Origin: Patescibacteria group bacterium
Lineage (GTDB): Bacteria; Patescibacteriota; Microgenomatia; Levybacterales; UBA12049
Length of the DNA stretch: 64,000 nucleotides
Direction of reading: 5' to 3'
Assembly (NCBI GenBank): GCA_026004395.1
Contig: BPJB01000001.1
Span: forward strand, 327,343 to 391,342
The position numbers and the translations under genes were made by a program. Below are positions 8,056-18,651 of this stretch, one piece after another. Within the stretch, counting starts at the first letter, position 1, and every line of letters starts with the position of its first letter. The notes under the pieces were generated by a model. It was not told where the DNA came from, searched no databases, and saw only the letters and a program-made list of their open reading frames with translations.

Positions 8056-10707
8056 TTAATCAGCTTCTAAATATTTATTTGATTGCGAAAGCATTTTTAG
8101 CTTGTCTTTTATTACTGCAAGTTTATTTAGGGCTTCAAGAGGAGTCATTGTCGCCAAATCAATATTTTCAAATTCTTTATAAATAATGTGATCAAGAATT
8201 GTTTTATCTGCCATACTCGATGTGGCTTGTTCTGTTCTTTCTGTGAAATATTGTTTACCTCTTTCTGTAACTTCTCTAAATTCTAGTGTTTGGAGTATTT
8301 CATATGCTTTAGTAATTACTATATCTGGAACTCCAGCAAGTTTTGCTACAGCGACTCCAAAACTATGCGATGCTGCGCCGGGAAGAAGTGTATGGAGAAA
8401 AACAGGTTGACCTTTATCTTCAGTAACTGCCAAATGAAAGTTTTTGATTTGATTTGGATAATCTTGTTCAAGAGCTTGTAATTCATGGTAGTGTGTTGCG
8501 AAAAGTACCTTTGGTGCTGGTTTGATATGTTTTACAAGGTATTCCGCAACTGCCCAAGCAATTGAGATACCATCATATGTACTTGTTCCTCGACCTATCT
8601 CATCCATAATGATCAATGAATTACTCGTAGCATTGTTAAGAATATAAGCTGTCTCTACCATCTCAACCATAAATGTTGAAAGCCCAGCGCTAATAACATC
8701 AGAGGCTCCAGAGCGTACAAAAATTCTATCTACTATACTTATATGAGCAGATTTAGCAGGAACAAAACATCCAATCTGTGCCATAAAGACAATAAGTGCT
8801 ACTTGGCGAATGAATACAGATTTTCCTGCCATATTTGGTCCAGTGATTAAAAGAAGTGACTGACTTACATTGTCTAATGTGACATCATTTGGTACAAATG
8901 GTGTTTCTACTAATTTTTCAACGACCGGATGTCTCCCTTCCTTAATACGTATTTCACCAGAATAAATGATCTTTGGTTTAGTGTATTGTTCTTTCTCTGA
9001 AAGATAGGAAAAAGAAGATAGACAATCAATTACTGCAATACTTTCTGCTGCCTTCTGAATATATTCTGTATTCTTTAAAACAGTCTGCAAGACTTCTGAA
9101 AATATTATGTACTCAAGATTATTAATTTCTTCTTCAGCCGTGAGAATAATTTCTTCGTGTTCCTTTAATTCTTTAGTAATGAATCTTTCAGCATTTACAA
9201 GAGTCTGTTTTCTCATATAATCAGTTGGAACTAGGTGAAGGTTTGCTTTAGATATTTCAATATAAAAACCAAAAACTTTATTAAATCTTACTTTGAGTGA
9301 TCCTATTCCTGTTCTTTCTCGCTCTTTTTTCTCAAGATTTGCTATCCATTGTTTGCTTTTTTGAATACGTTCTCTTAAATTGTCAAGACTCTTGTTGACA
9401 CCTGAACGTATCATTTTCCCTTCTTTTGTAGATAGAGGAGGCTCATCAACGATAATTTTGTCTATATAGGAGATTAGTTTCTCAAGATCATCAGAAATAG
9501 ATGAGAGTTGTTTTTTTATAAGTATTGAGTTCAAAGAATGCATTAAGGTTTTGATATGGAGAATAGCTTTTAGTGCATGTTTGAGATTGACAAGATCGCG
9601 AGCATTGCCGATATTTACTGATAGACGAGAGAGGAGTCTTTCAATATCTGGAATATGTTTAAGATTTTCTCTCAGTTGATCTCTGATTTCTGCTTGCTTG
9701 CAAAACTCTTCAACAGCATCTAATCTATCTTCAATAGCTTTTTTATCAATAAGTGGCTTTTTCATCCACTGTTTCAACATTCTACCTCCCATTGCAGTGA
9801 TTGTTTGATCGAGTACACTAAGAAGTGATCCTCGTGTATCGTGTTCTCTGATTGTTGAGAAGAGTTCAAGATTGATCATAGTGGATCGATCTAGAATGAG
9901 TCCATCCTCTTTACTAAGTGGAGAAATTCGTCTGATGTGAGCAATATCCCCTTTTTGCGTCTCTTTAAGATAACCAAGTAGTACAGCAGCAGTTTCAATC
10001 GCATAAGGCTTTTCCCCCAAACCAAACCCTTCTAATGTCTTTATGCCAAAATGCTGTTGGAGATATGATTTTGCGTCAGTAGTGAAACTTTCAAATTTTG
10101 CATAAGGAAAAATATTGATTCCTTTTATTTTTTTGATGATTTTAAGTACACTTGGCTCATTGTAGAGGTCATCAGGTAAAATGCACTCAGATGGTTGAAG
10201 ATAAGAAAGTTCTTCAATAAGTATTTTTTCTAAGGATTCAAATTCTTGTTGAGTTGTTGCAAAAAAACCAGTAGAGAGATCGGCTGCTGCAATCGCAAGT
10301 ATGTTGTCAACTATTTTAATGCTTACAATATAGTTATTTTCTTTTTTATCGAGAGCTTGTTCGTCTATGAGTGTTCCTGGAGTGATAACGCGTACGACAT
10401 CGCGTTCAACTAGACCCCGTTTATTGGGAGGAGAAAGCTGTTCACAGATTGCGACTTTATAGCCAGATTTAACCAGTTTAGCAATGTAATTATCAACAGC
10501 ATGATATGGAACTCCAGCCATGGGTATTCGTCCATCTTTGCCTCCAGATTTTCCGGTAAGAGTGATATTGAGGATTTGTGATCCAATATACGCATCTTCA
10601 TTGAATAACTCATAAAAATCACCCATTCTATAAAAAAGCAGACAATCTTGATACTGCTCTTTTATCTTGCGGTATTGCCGCATCATAGGTGTTGAAAACT
10701 CATTCAT
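8056..10707 (-). CDS. mutS: DNA mismatch repair protein MutS
   Basis: N-terminus TPMMRQYRKIKEQY...FYRMGDFYELF is the mismatch-binding domain. Walker A is GPNMAGKS. Length is 883 aa. Confidence 0.95.
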   Translation of the reverse strand: MNEFSTPMMRQYRKIKEQYQDCLLFYRMGDFYELFNEDAYIGSQILNITLTGKSGGKDGRIPMAGVPYHAVDNYIAKLVKSGYKVAICEQLSPPNKRGLVERDVVRVITPGTLIDEQALDKKENNYIVSIKIVDNILAIAAADLSTGFFATTQQEFESLEKILIEELSYLQPSECILPDDLYNEPSVLKIIKKIKGINIFPYAKFESFTTDAKSYLQQHFGIKTLEGFGLGEKPYAIETAAVLLGYLKETQKGDIAHIRRISPLSKEDGLILDRSTMINLELFSTIREHDTRGSLLSVLDQTITAMGGRMLKQWMKKPLIDKKAIEDRLDAVEEFCKQAEIRDQLRENLKHIPDIERLLSRLSVNIGNARDLVNLKHALKAILHIKTLMHSLNSILIKKQLSSISDDLEKLISYIDKIIVDEPPLSTKEGKMIRSGVNKSLDNLRERIQKSKQWIANLEKKERERTGIGSLKVRFNKVFGFYIEISKANLHLVPTDYMRKQTLVNAERFITKELKEHEEIILTAEEEINNLEYIIFSEVLQTVLKNTEYIQKAAESIAVIDCLSSFSYLSEKEQYTKPKIIYSGEIRIKEGRHPVVEKLVETPFVPNDVTLDNVSQSLLLITGPNMAGKSVFIRQVALIVFMAQIGCFVPAKSAHISIVDRIFVRSGASDVISAGLSTFMVEMVETAYILNNATSNSLIIMDEIGRGTSTYDGISIAWAVAEYLVKHIKPAPKVLFATHYHELQALEQDYPNQIKNFHLAVTEDKGQPVFLHTLLPGAASHSFGVAVAKLAGVPDIVITKAYEILQTLEFREVTERGKQYFTERTEQATSSMADKTILDHIIYKEFENIDLATMTPLEALNKLAVIKDKLKMLSQSNKYLEAD

Positions 10708-10825
10708 AGGCAGGATAGTTTATTTTTTATTGAGAATACAATATAACTATACCATATTTTTATGAATAGCGAGGAAAGCTATTTTTTGCTTTCCAAAAAA
10801 TAACAGATATAGTAATAAATACCAT

Positions 10826-11377
10826 ATGAATAATCAGAAAAAGCGTCTTTTTATTGGTACACCGCTTTCTGAAGAGCTATCCTTAGACTTGATTTCTTAC
10901 ACAGAGATATTTGCATCTGATGGAAAGATTGTTCCTAAAGAAAATTTGCATCTTACGTTGTTATTTCTTGGAGTCGTGGAAGAGCCATGTATCAAAGATA
11001 TAATAATACAGGTTGAACAAGTATTTAAGAATTATCACTCAATTTTCCTCGAAGCAAAAGGAATTACTTGTGTGCCACCAAATTCACCGCGGATGGTTTG
11101 GCTTGAGTTTAAGAAAAATCAGATATTTACAAATTTGGTTCAAGATCTTGCAAATACATTATCACAATTTGTTCACCGTAAATTACAGAAAAAACAAGTC
11201 ATTCCACATGTTACTCTGGTTAGACTTAAAAAAACAACATCAGTAGTCCCTAAAAAGGCTAATCAATACAAAGGAACAAAAAATATGATCATTGATAGTG
11301 CTGGTCTCTACGAATCCAAATTTTTGCACAATGAGGTATTCTACAAAAAATTAGAATCCTTTAGCCTCAAAAAATAA
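10826..11377 (+). CDS. thpR: RNA 2',3'-cyclic phosphodiesterase / 2'-5' RNA ligase (2H family, ThpR/LigT)
   Basis: Two H-x-T-x motifs, HLTLLFLG and HVTLVRLK, in a 183-aa protein. Confidence 0.8.
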   Translation: MNNQKKRLFIGTPLSEELSLDLISYTEIFASDGKIVPKENLHLTLLFLGVVEEPCIKDIIIQVEQVFKNYHSIFLEAKGITCVPPNSPRMVWLEFKKNQIFTNLVQDLANTLSQFVHRKLQKKQVIPHVTLVRLKKTTSVVPKKANQYKGTKNMIIDSAGLYESKFLHNEVFYKKLESFSLKK

Positions 11378-11437
11378 TCTTAGAATCAATAAAATTTGCA
11401 TTTTTTACTTCTTTTGTGTATAGTAACGGCTTACTGA

Positions 11438-12241
11438 ATGCGACTAAGCGAACATAGTCTCCGTTTGGCCGTATCCTTCCTGCTCGGGGTAATGTTTATG
11501 GCTCTTCCTGTGGCTCAGACAGCGTTAGCCTCAACAAATTTTCCCATTAAACAATCTTTCTCCACACTTGCTTCAACAGATGAGTACTGTTCATATGATT
11601 ATATGGTCAAACTTTCTAAACTATCTACTTCTCTTACATTGCTTCCTTATACAAAAACAAACACTTATTTAGAAAATTCTATTGTTATTACTGAGTCAAA
11701 ATTAGAAAAGGTTACAGCAATTGCCAGCGTAAAAACTGTTCTTAAAAAATTTCAAGATAATGATAAAAATATAATTGAAGTGAACAACTTTCCTTCTAAA
11801 TCACAGACATCTCATCTTGCTTTTTTCAAACTGTCAACTGCAGCATCACCACCAGATTCCTCGGGTCTTAATGCTGATACGCTATTTGCTTTAGTGAATA
11901 CACATCGGACTAGTATAAATCTTAAAGAGTTTAAAAAGGATCCGAGAATCTGCGAACTTGCTGCTGAACGCGCTACTGAAATTCAAGACGAGATATATGG
12001 ATCAAGTTACATGCATGCAGGATTTTTTGCTCGCAATCTACCGTATTACGCTACAGAAAATATAATTCATCACTCCACAGAACAAACAGCATTAGATTGG
12101 TGGCTTAACTCTCCAGTTCATAGAGGTGCGATAGAAGGTAACTATGAATATGCTTGCGTTGCTTGTTCTGCATATAACTGTTCTATGATATTTACCAATT
12201 TTGCTCCTAAGCAAATTGAAACTTACTCTAATACTCAATGA
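11438..12241 (+). CDS. Secreted CAP/SCP/PR-1-like domain protein
   Basis: Signal-peptide-like N-terminus. C-terminal WLNSPVHRGAIEGNYEYACVACS resembles the CAP-domain signature. Confidence 0.5.
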   Translation: MRLSEHSLRLAVSFLLGVMFMALPVAQTALASTNFPIKQSFSTLASTDEYCSYDYMVKLSKLSTSLTLLPYTKTNTYLENSIVITESKLEKVTAIASVKTVLKKFQDNDKNIIEVNNFPSKSQTSHLAFFKLSTAASPPDSSGLNADTLFALVNTHRTSINLKEFKKDPRICELAAERATEIQDEIYGSSYMHAGFFARNLPYYATENIIHHSTEQTALDWWLNSPVHRGAIEGNYEYACVACSAYNCSMIFTNFAPKQIETYSNTQ

Positions 12242-13591
12242 TTATTGAAGGACTAGTAATCCCACTAAACTTCCTAGAACAATAGCTAACATACTCAAAA
12301 AGAATTTCCAAGCAAACTCCTTTGATCCTTGTAAGTAGCAATAAAGCGATTTGGATAATAAATTAATAGAGTTTGCTAAAATAAATGCAGTCACAGCAAG
12401 ATTATAATTAATTGTATTGCCTGCAAGTTCAGCAGTATTAATCATAACAACATCGAGTCCAGCAAGTGATCCAATCATTATGGTCAAAAGAAATCCGCTA
12501 TTTCCAAAAAAAACAAGAGAGATCTTTGAAAATACATTAATTGCTAAGAATATTAGGGTGAATCTGATAGCTGGTCCAATGTTAAATATCTCATGTGACT
12601 CAATTTGAAGTTTGGTTTCTCTATTTTTCTTCTCTTCAAGTTTGTGTTTGCGTATAAGAAACAGTGTAATAGCAAAAGCAATAAAAATAATACTAATAAG
12701 AGTTGGGATTAATTTAGAAAAGAATATGCTATTGACAGCGATAATGATGATTGCAATCTGAAAGAAACTCGTAAGATTTGCTATTACAGAAGCAGCTAAC
12801 AGTAAATAAGAATGAGGTGCGGTTTTGCTCTTTTGTGCAAGTGTTTGTGTAGTTGCAGTAGATGAGATAAATCCTCCTGCAATACTTGCCAGAATCCATC
12901 CTCTGCTTTGACCTAGTGTTTTTTCCAAAATATAGCCTAAAATATCCACTCCTGTAATCAGTGCTACAATAAACCACACCTTATAGGGATTGAATAACTG
13001 AATATCTGTTATCTTTTCTGCAGGAAGATGGAGATTATGTATTAAAGTTTGTATTAAAGGTATTTCAGACAACGCGTAAGTTTTATTGGGAAGAAATGGT
13101 AGGATAACAAGCGCAATAACAGCATAGCTAATAAACGCATTGATTTCTTCTTTTTTAATATCTTCGATAAATGTTTGTATTTTTTCTTTTCGCGAAAGAA
13201 GAAGAATAATGATAATAGAAAGTGCTATGGTTAAGTGTATGGGTATCACTTCAAAAATTATGAGAAGACCGAGCATAAAGCTATAGATCATTGCAAGCTC
13301 AGTTGTAATACCAAAATCTTGTGTTTTTTGGCTATCTAGAACATAGAAAGCGATCAATAACACAAGAAAAGAGCTACTTATCACAAGTGAAAGTGGAAGA
13401 AATTCAACCGAGAGAATTCCAGTTAAAGCTCCAAGTCCTGATATGAGGGCGAAACTTCGCAAGCCTAATATAGCAATAGGTTTCTTTCCTGGATCTAAAC
13501 TCTTTTTTTCATTTATCTCTCTTTCCAGGCCTATGATAGCTCCAAGAATCATCGATAGAGCAATCTTAATAGGAATACTCAATTCTTCCAT
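12242..13591 (-). CDS. MgtC/SapB-family integral membrane protein with C-terminal extension (DUF4010-like)
   Basis: N-terminal LSMILGAIIGLEREINEK matches the MgtC-family start. 449 aa, with many TM helices. Confidence 0.6.
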   Translation of the reverse strand: MEELSIPIKIALSMILGAIIGLEREINEKKSLDPGKKPIAILGLRSFALISGLGALTGILSVEFLPLSLVISSSFLVLLIAFYVLDSQKTQDFGITTELAMIYSFMLGLLIIFEVIPIHLTIALSIIIILLLSRKEKIQTFIEDIKKEEINAFISYAVIALVILPFLPNKTYALSEIPLIQTLIHNLHLPAEKITDIQLFNPYKVWFIVALITGVDILGYILEKTLGQSRGWILASIAGGFISSTATTQTLAQKSKTAPHSYLLLAASVIANLTSFFQIAIIIIAVNSIFFSKLIPTLISIIFIAFAITLFLIRKHKLEEKKNRETKLQIESHEIFNIGPAIRFTLIFLAINVFSKISLVFFGNSGFLLTIMIGSLAGLDVVMINTAELAGNTINYNLAVTAFILANSINLLSKSLYCYLQGSKEFAWKFFLSMLAIVLGSLVGLLVLQ

Positions 13592-13805
13592 ATGGGATTT
13601 ATCCCATTATATCTTACTTAACAATTAATAATAAACAAGGATAATAAATTAATTGCTTAAATTTTATAGTAATTTTGGTGAATAGTTTTTGGTTATTTAG
13701 GTTTTATAGTTTATAATGTCTCTGAAAAGTAAACGTACTTTTTTATGATAAGAGGAGAAAAATCCTCTGCCAAGTGAGTTTTCTTATAGATAAAGAGATA
13801 AAGAT

Positions 13806-15011
13806 ATGAATCTTGCAGCACGTATGAGACCACAAACACTTGATGAGTTTGTGGGTCAAGAAGAGCTTGTTGGTGAAGGAAAAATTTTAAGAAGAATGAT
13901 TGAATCTCGCCAGCTTTCCTCAATTATCCTTTGGGGTCCTCCCGGCAGCGGGAAAACAACCCTTGCCTCAATAATCGCTCATGAGACTGATGCTGATTTT
14001 TACCAACTGTCGGCTGTTTCTACAGGAAAGGAAGATCTAAACAAAATAATTAAAATAGCCAAACAGAATGCCATTTTCAAGAAAAAGACTATCCTTTTTC
14101 TTGATGAAATTCATAGATGGAATAAATCACAGCAGGATGTCTTACTACCATATGTGGAATCTGGTCTGATTACGCTTGTTGGGGCTACTACAGAAAATCC
14201 ATCGTTTGAAGTTAATAATGCTCTTCTTTCAAGATGTAAAGTTTTTGTTCTCAAAGGATTGTCTGAAAATAATTTGAAAACAATCATTAATCGAGCGCTT
14301 GTTGATAAAGAAAGAGGACTAGGAGTCTATAAAAAGAGAATCAATACTCAAGCAGAAGATTTTCTGGTCCGTATTTCAGGTGGCGATGCAAGGATTGTTC
14401 TTAATGCAGTGGAAATGGCTGTTGTCAATTATGATGACAAAACAATTACTGTTGATATCATCAAAGATATTTTCCAGAGCCGCTCAGCAGGACTTTATGA
14501 CAAAAAAGATGAGGAACATTATAATTTTATTTCAGCATTTATAAAGTCCATGCGCGGAAGTGACGTTGATGCAGCCTTATACTATCTCGCACGCATGCTT
14601 GAGTCGGGAGAGGATCCCAAATTTATCGCTAGAAGGATGATAATTTTTGCTTCAGAAGATATTGGTATTGCTGATCGTGGAGCACTGATCCAAGCCAATG
14701 CAGGATTTGAGGCAGTCCATAAGGTCGGTATGCCTGAAGCGCAATTGATTCTTGCACATATCTGTATATATCTTTCCTTAGCCAAAAAATCGCGTGCTGT
14801 ACCAAATGCTTTAGAGAAAGCAAAGTCTGCTGTTTATGAATTTCCGAATGAACCTGTGCCTTTGCATTTAAGAAATGCTCCAACCAAGATAATGAAAAAT
14901 TTTGGATATGCAAAAGACTATGTATGGTCTGAGGATTATGTTGGTCCAAAAAACAAGAAATCTTTTCTTCCAGAAAAATTAAAAGGAAAAAAATTTTTTG
15001 AGAATAATTAA
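13806..15011 (+). CDS. rarA: Replication-associated recombination protein A (RarA/MgsA AAA+ ATPase)
   Basis: LWGPPGSGKTTLA Walker A, LFLDEIHRWNK Walker B/sensor, and RISGGDARIVLNAVE typical of RarA. Length is 401 aa. Confidence 0.9.
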   Translation: MNLAARMRPQTLDEFVGQEELVGEGKILRRMIESRQLSSIILWGPPGSGKTTLASIIAHETDADFYQLSAVSTGKEDLNKIIKIAKQNAIFKKKTILFLDEIHRWNKSQQDVLLPYVESGLITLVGATTENPSFEVNNALLSRCKVFVLKGLSENNLKTIINRALVDKERGLGVYKKRINTQAEDFLVRISGGDARIVLNAVEMAVVNYDDKTITVDIIKDIFQSRSAGLYDKKDEEHYNFISAFIKSMRGSDVDAALYYLARMLESGEDPKFIARRMIIFASEDIGIADRGALIQANAGFEAVHKVGMPEAQLILAHICIYLSLAKKSRAVPNALEKAKSAVYEFPNEPVPLHLRNAPTKIMKNFGYAKDYVWSEDYVGPKNKKSFLPEKLKGKKFFENN

Positions 15012-15121
15012 TTAGTTAAAACCTAAAATTACAATAGTTTGATCGATTCAAAAGTAAAGAAGAATTTTTTTAAAGATAAATAGAGACTAACGCAAACTAA
15101 ACTTTCTCATCAAAGATAGAT

Positions 15122-15745
15122 TTATTGTGTATTTTTATTGGTGACACGAATTTCTTTAGAGGTAATTTCTCCATTTTCGATAGTATAAACATATATTTCT
15201 CCAAGTCCTATTTCGAGTTTGGCAATATCTTCATCTGAAATATTTTCGAGATACTTAACAAGTGCTCGAAGAGAGTTACCATGCGCTACAATGATCACAT
15301 TTTTACCTTCATTCAATTTGGGCAGTATTTCATTTTTATAATAGGGGACGACTCGGTTATAGACATCCTTTAATGACTCACCATTAGGTGGTGGATAGTC
15401 CCAACTTCGTCTCCATTTAAAAAATTGTTCTTCACCATATTCTTCTTTTATTTTCCATTTATTTTTTCCTGTTAGATCTCCGTAATCTCTTTCATTTAGG
15501 GCTTGATGTTTAATGATCTTAATATTGCTCGAGTTTAATTCACTTAAAATATCAGCTAATGTTTGTTGCGCACGTTTAAGAACTGAGGTATACGCAATGT
15601 CAAACGTAATATCTTTGATGAGTTGTGCAGCGTTTCGAGCCTGTGCATGTCCTTTTGGGGTTAGGGGAACATCTTTATACCCCGTCCAGAGTCCCAAAGC
15701 GTTCCATGTAGATTCGCCGTGTCTTATTAATACTAAGTATGCCAT
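15122..15745 (-). CDS. gpmA: 2,3-bisphosphoglycerate-dependent phosphoglycerate mutase
   Basis: Histidine-phosphatase signature [10 protein letters not shown]. Overlaps the eno stop by 13 nt, suggesting an eno-gpmA operon. Confidence 0.9.
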   Translation of the reverse strand: MAYLVLIRHGESTWNALGLWTGYKDVPLTPKGHAQARNAAQLIKDITFDIAYTSVLKRAQQTLADILSELNSSNIKIIKHQALNERDYGDLTGKNKWKIKEEYGEEQFFKWRRSWDYPPPNGESLKDVYNRVVPYYKNEILPKLNEGKNVIIVAHGNSLRALVKYLENISDEDIAKLEIGLGEIYVYTIENGEITSKEIRVTNKNTQ

Positions 15746-17025
15746 TTTTTGAAAATCTCTTTTCCAGGATAAATTGCCCTATCGCCAAGAATTTCTTCTA
15801 TACGTAAAAGTTCGTTGTATTTTGCAATGCGATCCGTACGTGAGAGTGATCCCGTTTTTATTTGACCTGTTGCCAATCCTACAGCAAGGTGTGATATAGT
15901 TGTATCCTCTGTTTCTCCTGATCTATGTGAAATGATAGTCGTCCATCCTGCTTTTTTAGCCATTTTAACAGCAGCTATTGTTTCAGTAAGTGTTCCTATC
16001 TGATTAACCTTGATCAAAATAGAATTTGCTTCTTTGTTTTTTATTCCTCTCTCTAATCTCTTAGTGTTAGTAACGAATAAATCATCTCCCACTAACTGAA
16101 TTTTTTGTCCCAGAGTGGATGTCAGCTTTTGCCATCCTGTGTGATCATCTTCTGCAAGAGCATCTTCAAGAGAGATAATCGGATATTCTTTTATCATCTC
16201 CTGTAAGAATGCAATCATTTCTTCTGTATTCATTTGATGATTATCTTTTTTGAGTATATACGATTTTTTACTATAAAGCTCTGAAGCTGCTATATCTAGC
16301 GCTAGGACGACATCTTCTTTGATCTTATAACCTGCTTTTTCTACAGCGGAGATAATAAGATCTAATGCTTCTTTATTGCCATTTAAATGTGGAGCATATC
16401 CCCCCTCATCTCCAACAGTTGTAGCATATCCTTTTTCATGAAGAATATCTCCTAATGTATGAAATATATTCGCACCCATTTCTAAAGCTTCTGAGAAAAA
16501 GCTTGCTCCGATTGGAAGAATCATAAATTCTTGTATATCAGTTGCTCCAGCCGCGTGTTTGCCACCATTGACAATATTCATCATTGGGACTGGCATGAGA
16601 GGAGTTAGTTCCTCAGCCAATTCTTGAAAATAAGCAAAAAGAGGGAGTTTCCTGGAGTTTGCTGCTGCATGAGCGCATGCAAGAGATACAGAAAGTATGG
16701 CATTGGCACCTATTTTAGATTTATTCTCTGTACCGTCAAGATCGATCATTAGATTGTCTAACGCTTCTTGTTTTGTAACGTCTTTTCCTTTCAATATTTT
16801 AGCAATTGCAGCATTGACATTACTTATTGCTTTTTGCACACTTTTTCCTTGATAGTAGGAGGGATCATTATCGCGTAACTCAAGTGCCTCATGAGTACCC
16901 GTTGATGCACCTGAAGGTACTGCAGCGCGTCCCAACGTGCCGTCTTCTAAGATAACATCTGTTTCAATAGTTGGGTATCCGCGAGAGTCGAGTATCTGTC
17001 GTGCGTGGATAGATGCAATATTCAT
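15733..17025 (-). CDS. eno: Enolase (phosphopyruvate hydratase)
   Basis: N-terminus [14 protein letters not shown] and internal motifs ([20 protein letters not shown]) are classic enolase. Confidence 0.95.
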   Translation of the reverse strand: MNIASIHARQILDSRGYPTIETDVILEDGTLGRAAVPSGASTGTHEALELRDNDPSYYQGKSVQKAISNVNAAIAKILKGKDVTKQEALDNLMIDLDGTENKSKIGANAILSVSLACAHAAANSRKLPLFAYFQELAEELTPLMPVPMMNIVNGGKHAAGATDIQEFMILPIGASFFSEALEMGANIFHTLGDILHEKGYATTVGDEGGYAPHLNGNKEALDLIISAVEKAGYKIKEDVVLALDIAASELYSKKSYILKKDNHQMNTEEMIAFLQEMIKEYPIISLEDALAEDDHTGWQKLTSTLGQKIQLVGDDLFVTNTKRLERGIKNKEANSILIKVNQIGTLTETIAAVKMAKKAGWTTIISHRSGETEDTTISHLAVGLATGQIKTGSLSRTDRIAKYNELLRIEEILGDRAIYPGKEIFKKWHT

Positions 17026-17145
17026 ATAGAAGTTAGATTAATTATAGATTCTTAAGATAATTTTACAAGAGAGATTAACGTCTATTCTGTAGTTATCAGA
17101 AATACTACTTGATTTACAAATTTTGTATTGTGTATAGTAGTGTTT

Positions 17146-17622
17146 ATGGATGATATTAATAGCCAAGAGAGCAAATCAGAAAATACCTCCGATATACAGT
17201 CTTCTGTTGCAACAGAGCCTCTTGTAGGAGATGCTGCAGTTTTGCTTAATCTTGAAGAGTTGATCAGAAATCATATTCAAAGTCTTGATAAGCTTAAAGA
17301 AGAGCACAAGAAACTTAAAGAGATGTTTGAGGATGCATTTGCGAATAATCCAGTTTATAGAGAAAATGCAGAAAAGGCAAAAGAAGCTGAAAAAATAAAA
17401 GCTACTACCAGACAGCAGATTGCCAGTCAGCCCTCAGTTATTAATCTTGCAAATAAAATAAAGGAATTTTCTTTGGAGATCAAAGAGCGACAAGCTGCAC
17501 TTTCGGATTATCTTTTAGAATATCAACGACTTACTGGATCAAATGAGATTGAAGATGCTAACGGACAAATTCTTGAGATTGTTAACTCTGCAAAGCTAGT
17601 CAGGCGATCAGCAAAAAAATAA
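17146..17622 (+). CDS. Hypothetical coiled-coil protein (acidic N-terminus, K/E-rich)
   Basis: ORF track starts at 17128. The ATG at 17146 sits 7 nt after a TGnTATAGT element, so this may be a leaderless start. No recognisable domain. Confidence 0.4.
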   Translation: MDDINSQESKSENTSDIQSSVATEPLVGDAAVLLNLEELIRNHIQSLDKLKEEHKKLKEMFEDAFANNPVYRENAEKAKEAEKIKATTRQQIASQPSVINLANKIKEFSLEIKERQAALSDYLLEYQRLTGSNEIEDANGQILEIVNSAKLVRRSAKK

Positions 17623-17752
17623 AATCCCTCATTATTTCTAATCAAAATTCACAGTCTTAAGCTAATCTCTTTCTCATTCCTTACATTTCTCTACTGTATC
17701 TCTTAAGCTGGAGTATTATGATTCCAATTAATATTTGAAAGGGGGTGAGCAT

Positions 17753-17935
17753 ATGGCAGCTAAAGGAAAATCAAAACGAGGATTTGCCTCTATGCCTGCG
17801 GAGAAGCAGCGACTAATCGCAAGTAAAGGAGGAAAAGCTGCTCATGCAAAAGGTACCGCTCATGAATTCACGAGTGAGGAGGCGCGTGAGGCAGGTCGCA
17901 AAGGTGGACAAGCAAGACAAAGAAAACGAAGGTAG
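17753..17935 (+). CDS. KGG-repeat general stress protein (YciG-like)
   Basis: Repeated KGG / GG.ARQ units: ASKGGKAAHAKG...AGRKGGQARQ. A strong Shine-Dalgarno AAGGGGGTGA lies 8 nt upstream of the ATG. Locally elevated GC. Confidence 0.8.
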   Translation: MAAKGKSKRGFASMPAEKQRLIASKGGKAAHAKGTAHEFTSEEAREAGRKGGQARQRKRR

Positions 17936-17950
17936 TTCTGCTAAAAAGTG

Positions 17951-17990
17951 AGGATACTTCGTAATTATCTCGAGGTATCCTTCGTCGTAG
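17951..17990 (+). terminator. Possible hairpin terminator after the KGG gene
   Basis: AGGATAC...GTATCCT is a 7-bp inverted repeat. The following T-tract is weak. Confidence 0.3.
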
Positions 17991-18218
17991 TTATTTTCTG
18001 TGAAACTATTTTATTAATATGTCTAGATCAGAAATTTTTTTATGCATTCTTTTGTTTGTAGTTTATTAGTAGTTATTATGCAATTTTTTTATTTCATATG
18101 TAATTGATCTTAAGAGAAAGTGTATAGAATAAAAAATGTTGGTAACGATTTCGCTTCTAGCAGATCTCTTACACATTTATCTTTTATCTCTTAAAGTTGA
18201 GCAATAAAATGAATCAAT

Positions 18219-18473
18219 ATGAATATATTGTCTTGGATTCTTTTTGGACTGATTACAGGTATTATTGCTCATATGCTTGATCCGCGATCAGAAGAAAGTA
18301 GCATATTTTCGGCGATTCTCTTAGGAGTTGGAGGAGCTTTGGCAGGAGGTCTTACAGCTAATCTTTTTTTTGGATTAACTTTGTCACAGTTTAATCTCAC
18401 AGCTTTTTTAGTAGCAGTACTTGGATCCTTGCTTATTTTATTTTTGGGTAGAACAGTTAGAAAAGTACAATAA
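18219..18473 (+). CDS. GlsB/YeaQ/YmgE-family (transglycosylase-associated) small membrane protein
   Basis: 84 aa. MNILSWILFGLITGIIAHMLDP and Gly-rich TM helices are typical of the family. Confidence 0.75.
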   Translation: MNILSWILFGLITGIIAHMLDPRSEESSIFSAILLGVGGALAGGLTANLFFGLTLSQFNLTAFLVAVLGSLLILFLGRTVRKVQ

Positions 18474-18651
18474 AGAGGTCTTTGAAATACTTAGAAAGTA
18501 ATCTAAAGCATAAATTAATTAGAAACTCAATATCAGACAATAAGAATTATAAATGTAAAATGACTTTTTTTAATAAACAAATAGTTTGCAAGATAAATTT
18601 AGAGTAATGAGTCTTGGGTTACATTTTTAGTATTTTAAAGGAGAAGACAAA

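Noticed and set aside
13689-13717. TTGGTT-17-TATAAT promoter-like element upstream of rarA
   Set aside because: Only 4/6 match in the -35 box and about 90 nt from the start codon in an AT-rich region where such matches occur by chance. Left unannotated.
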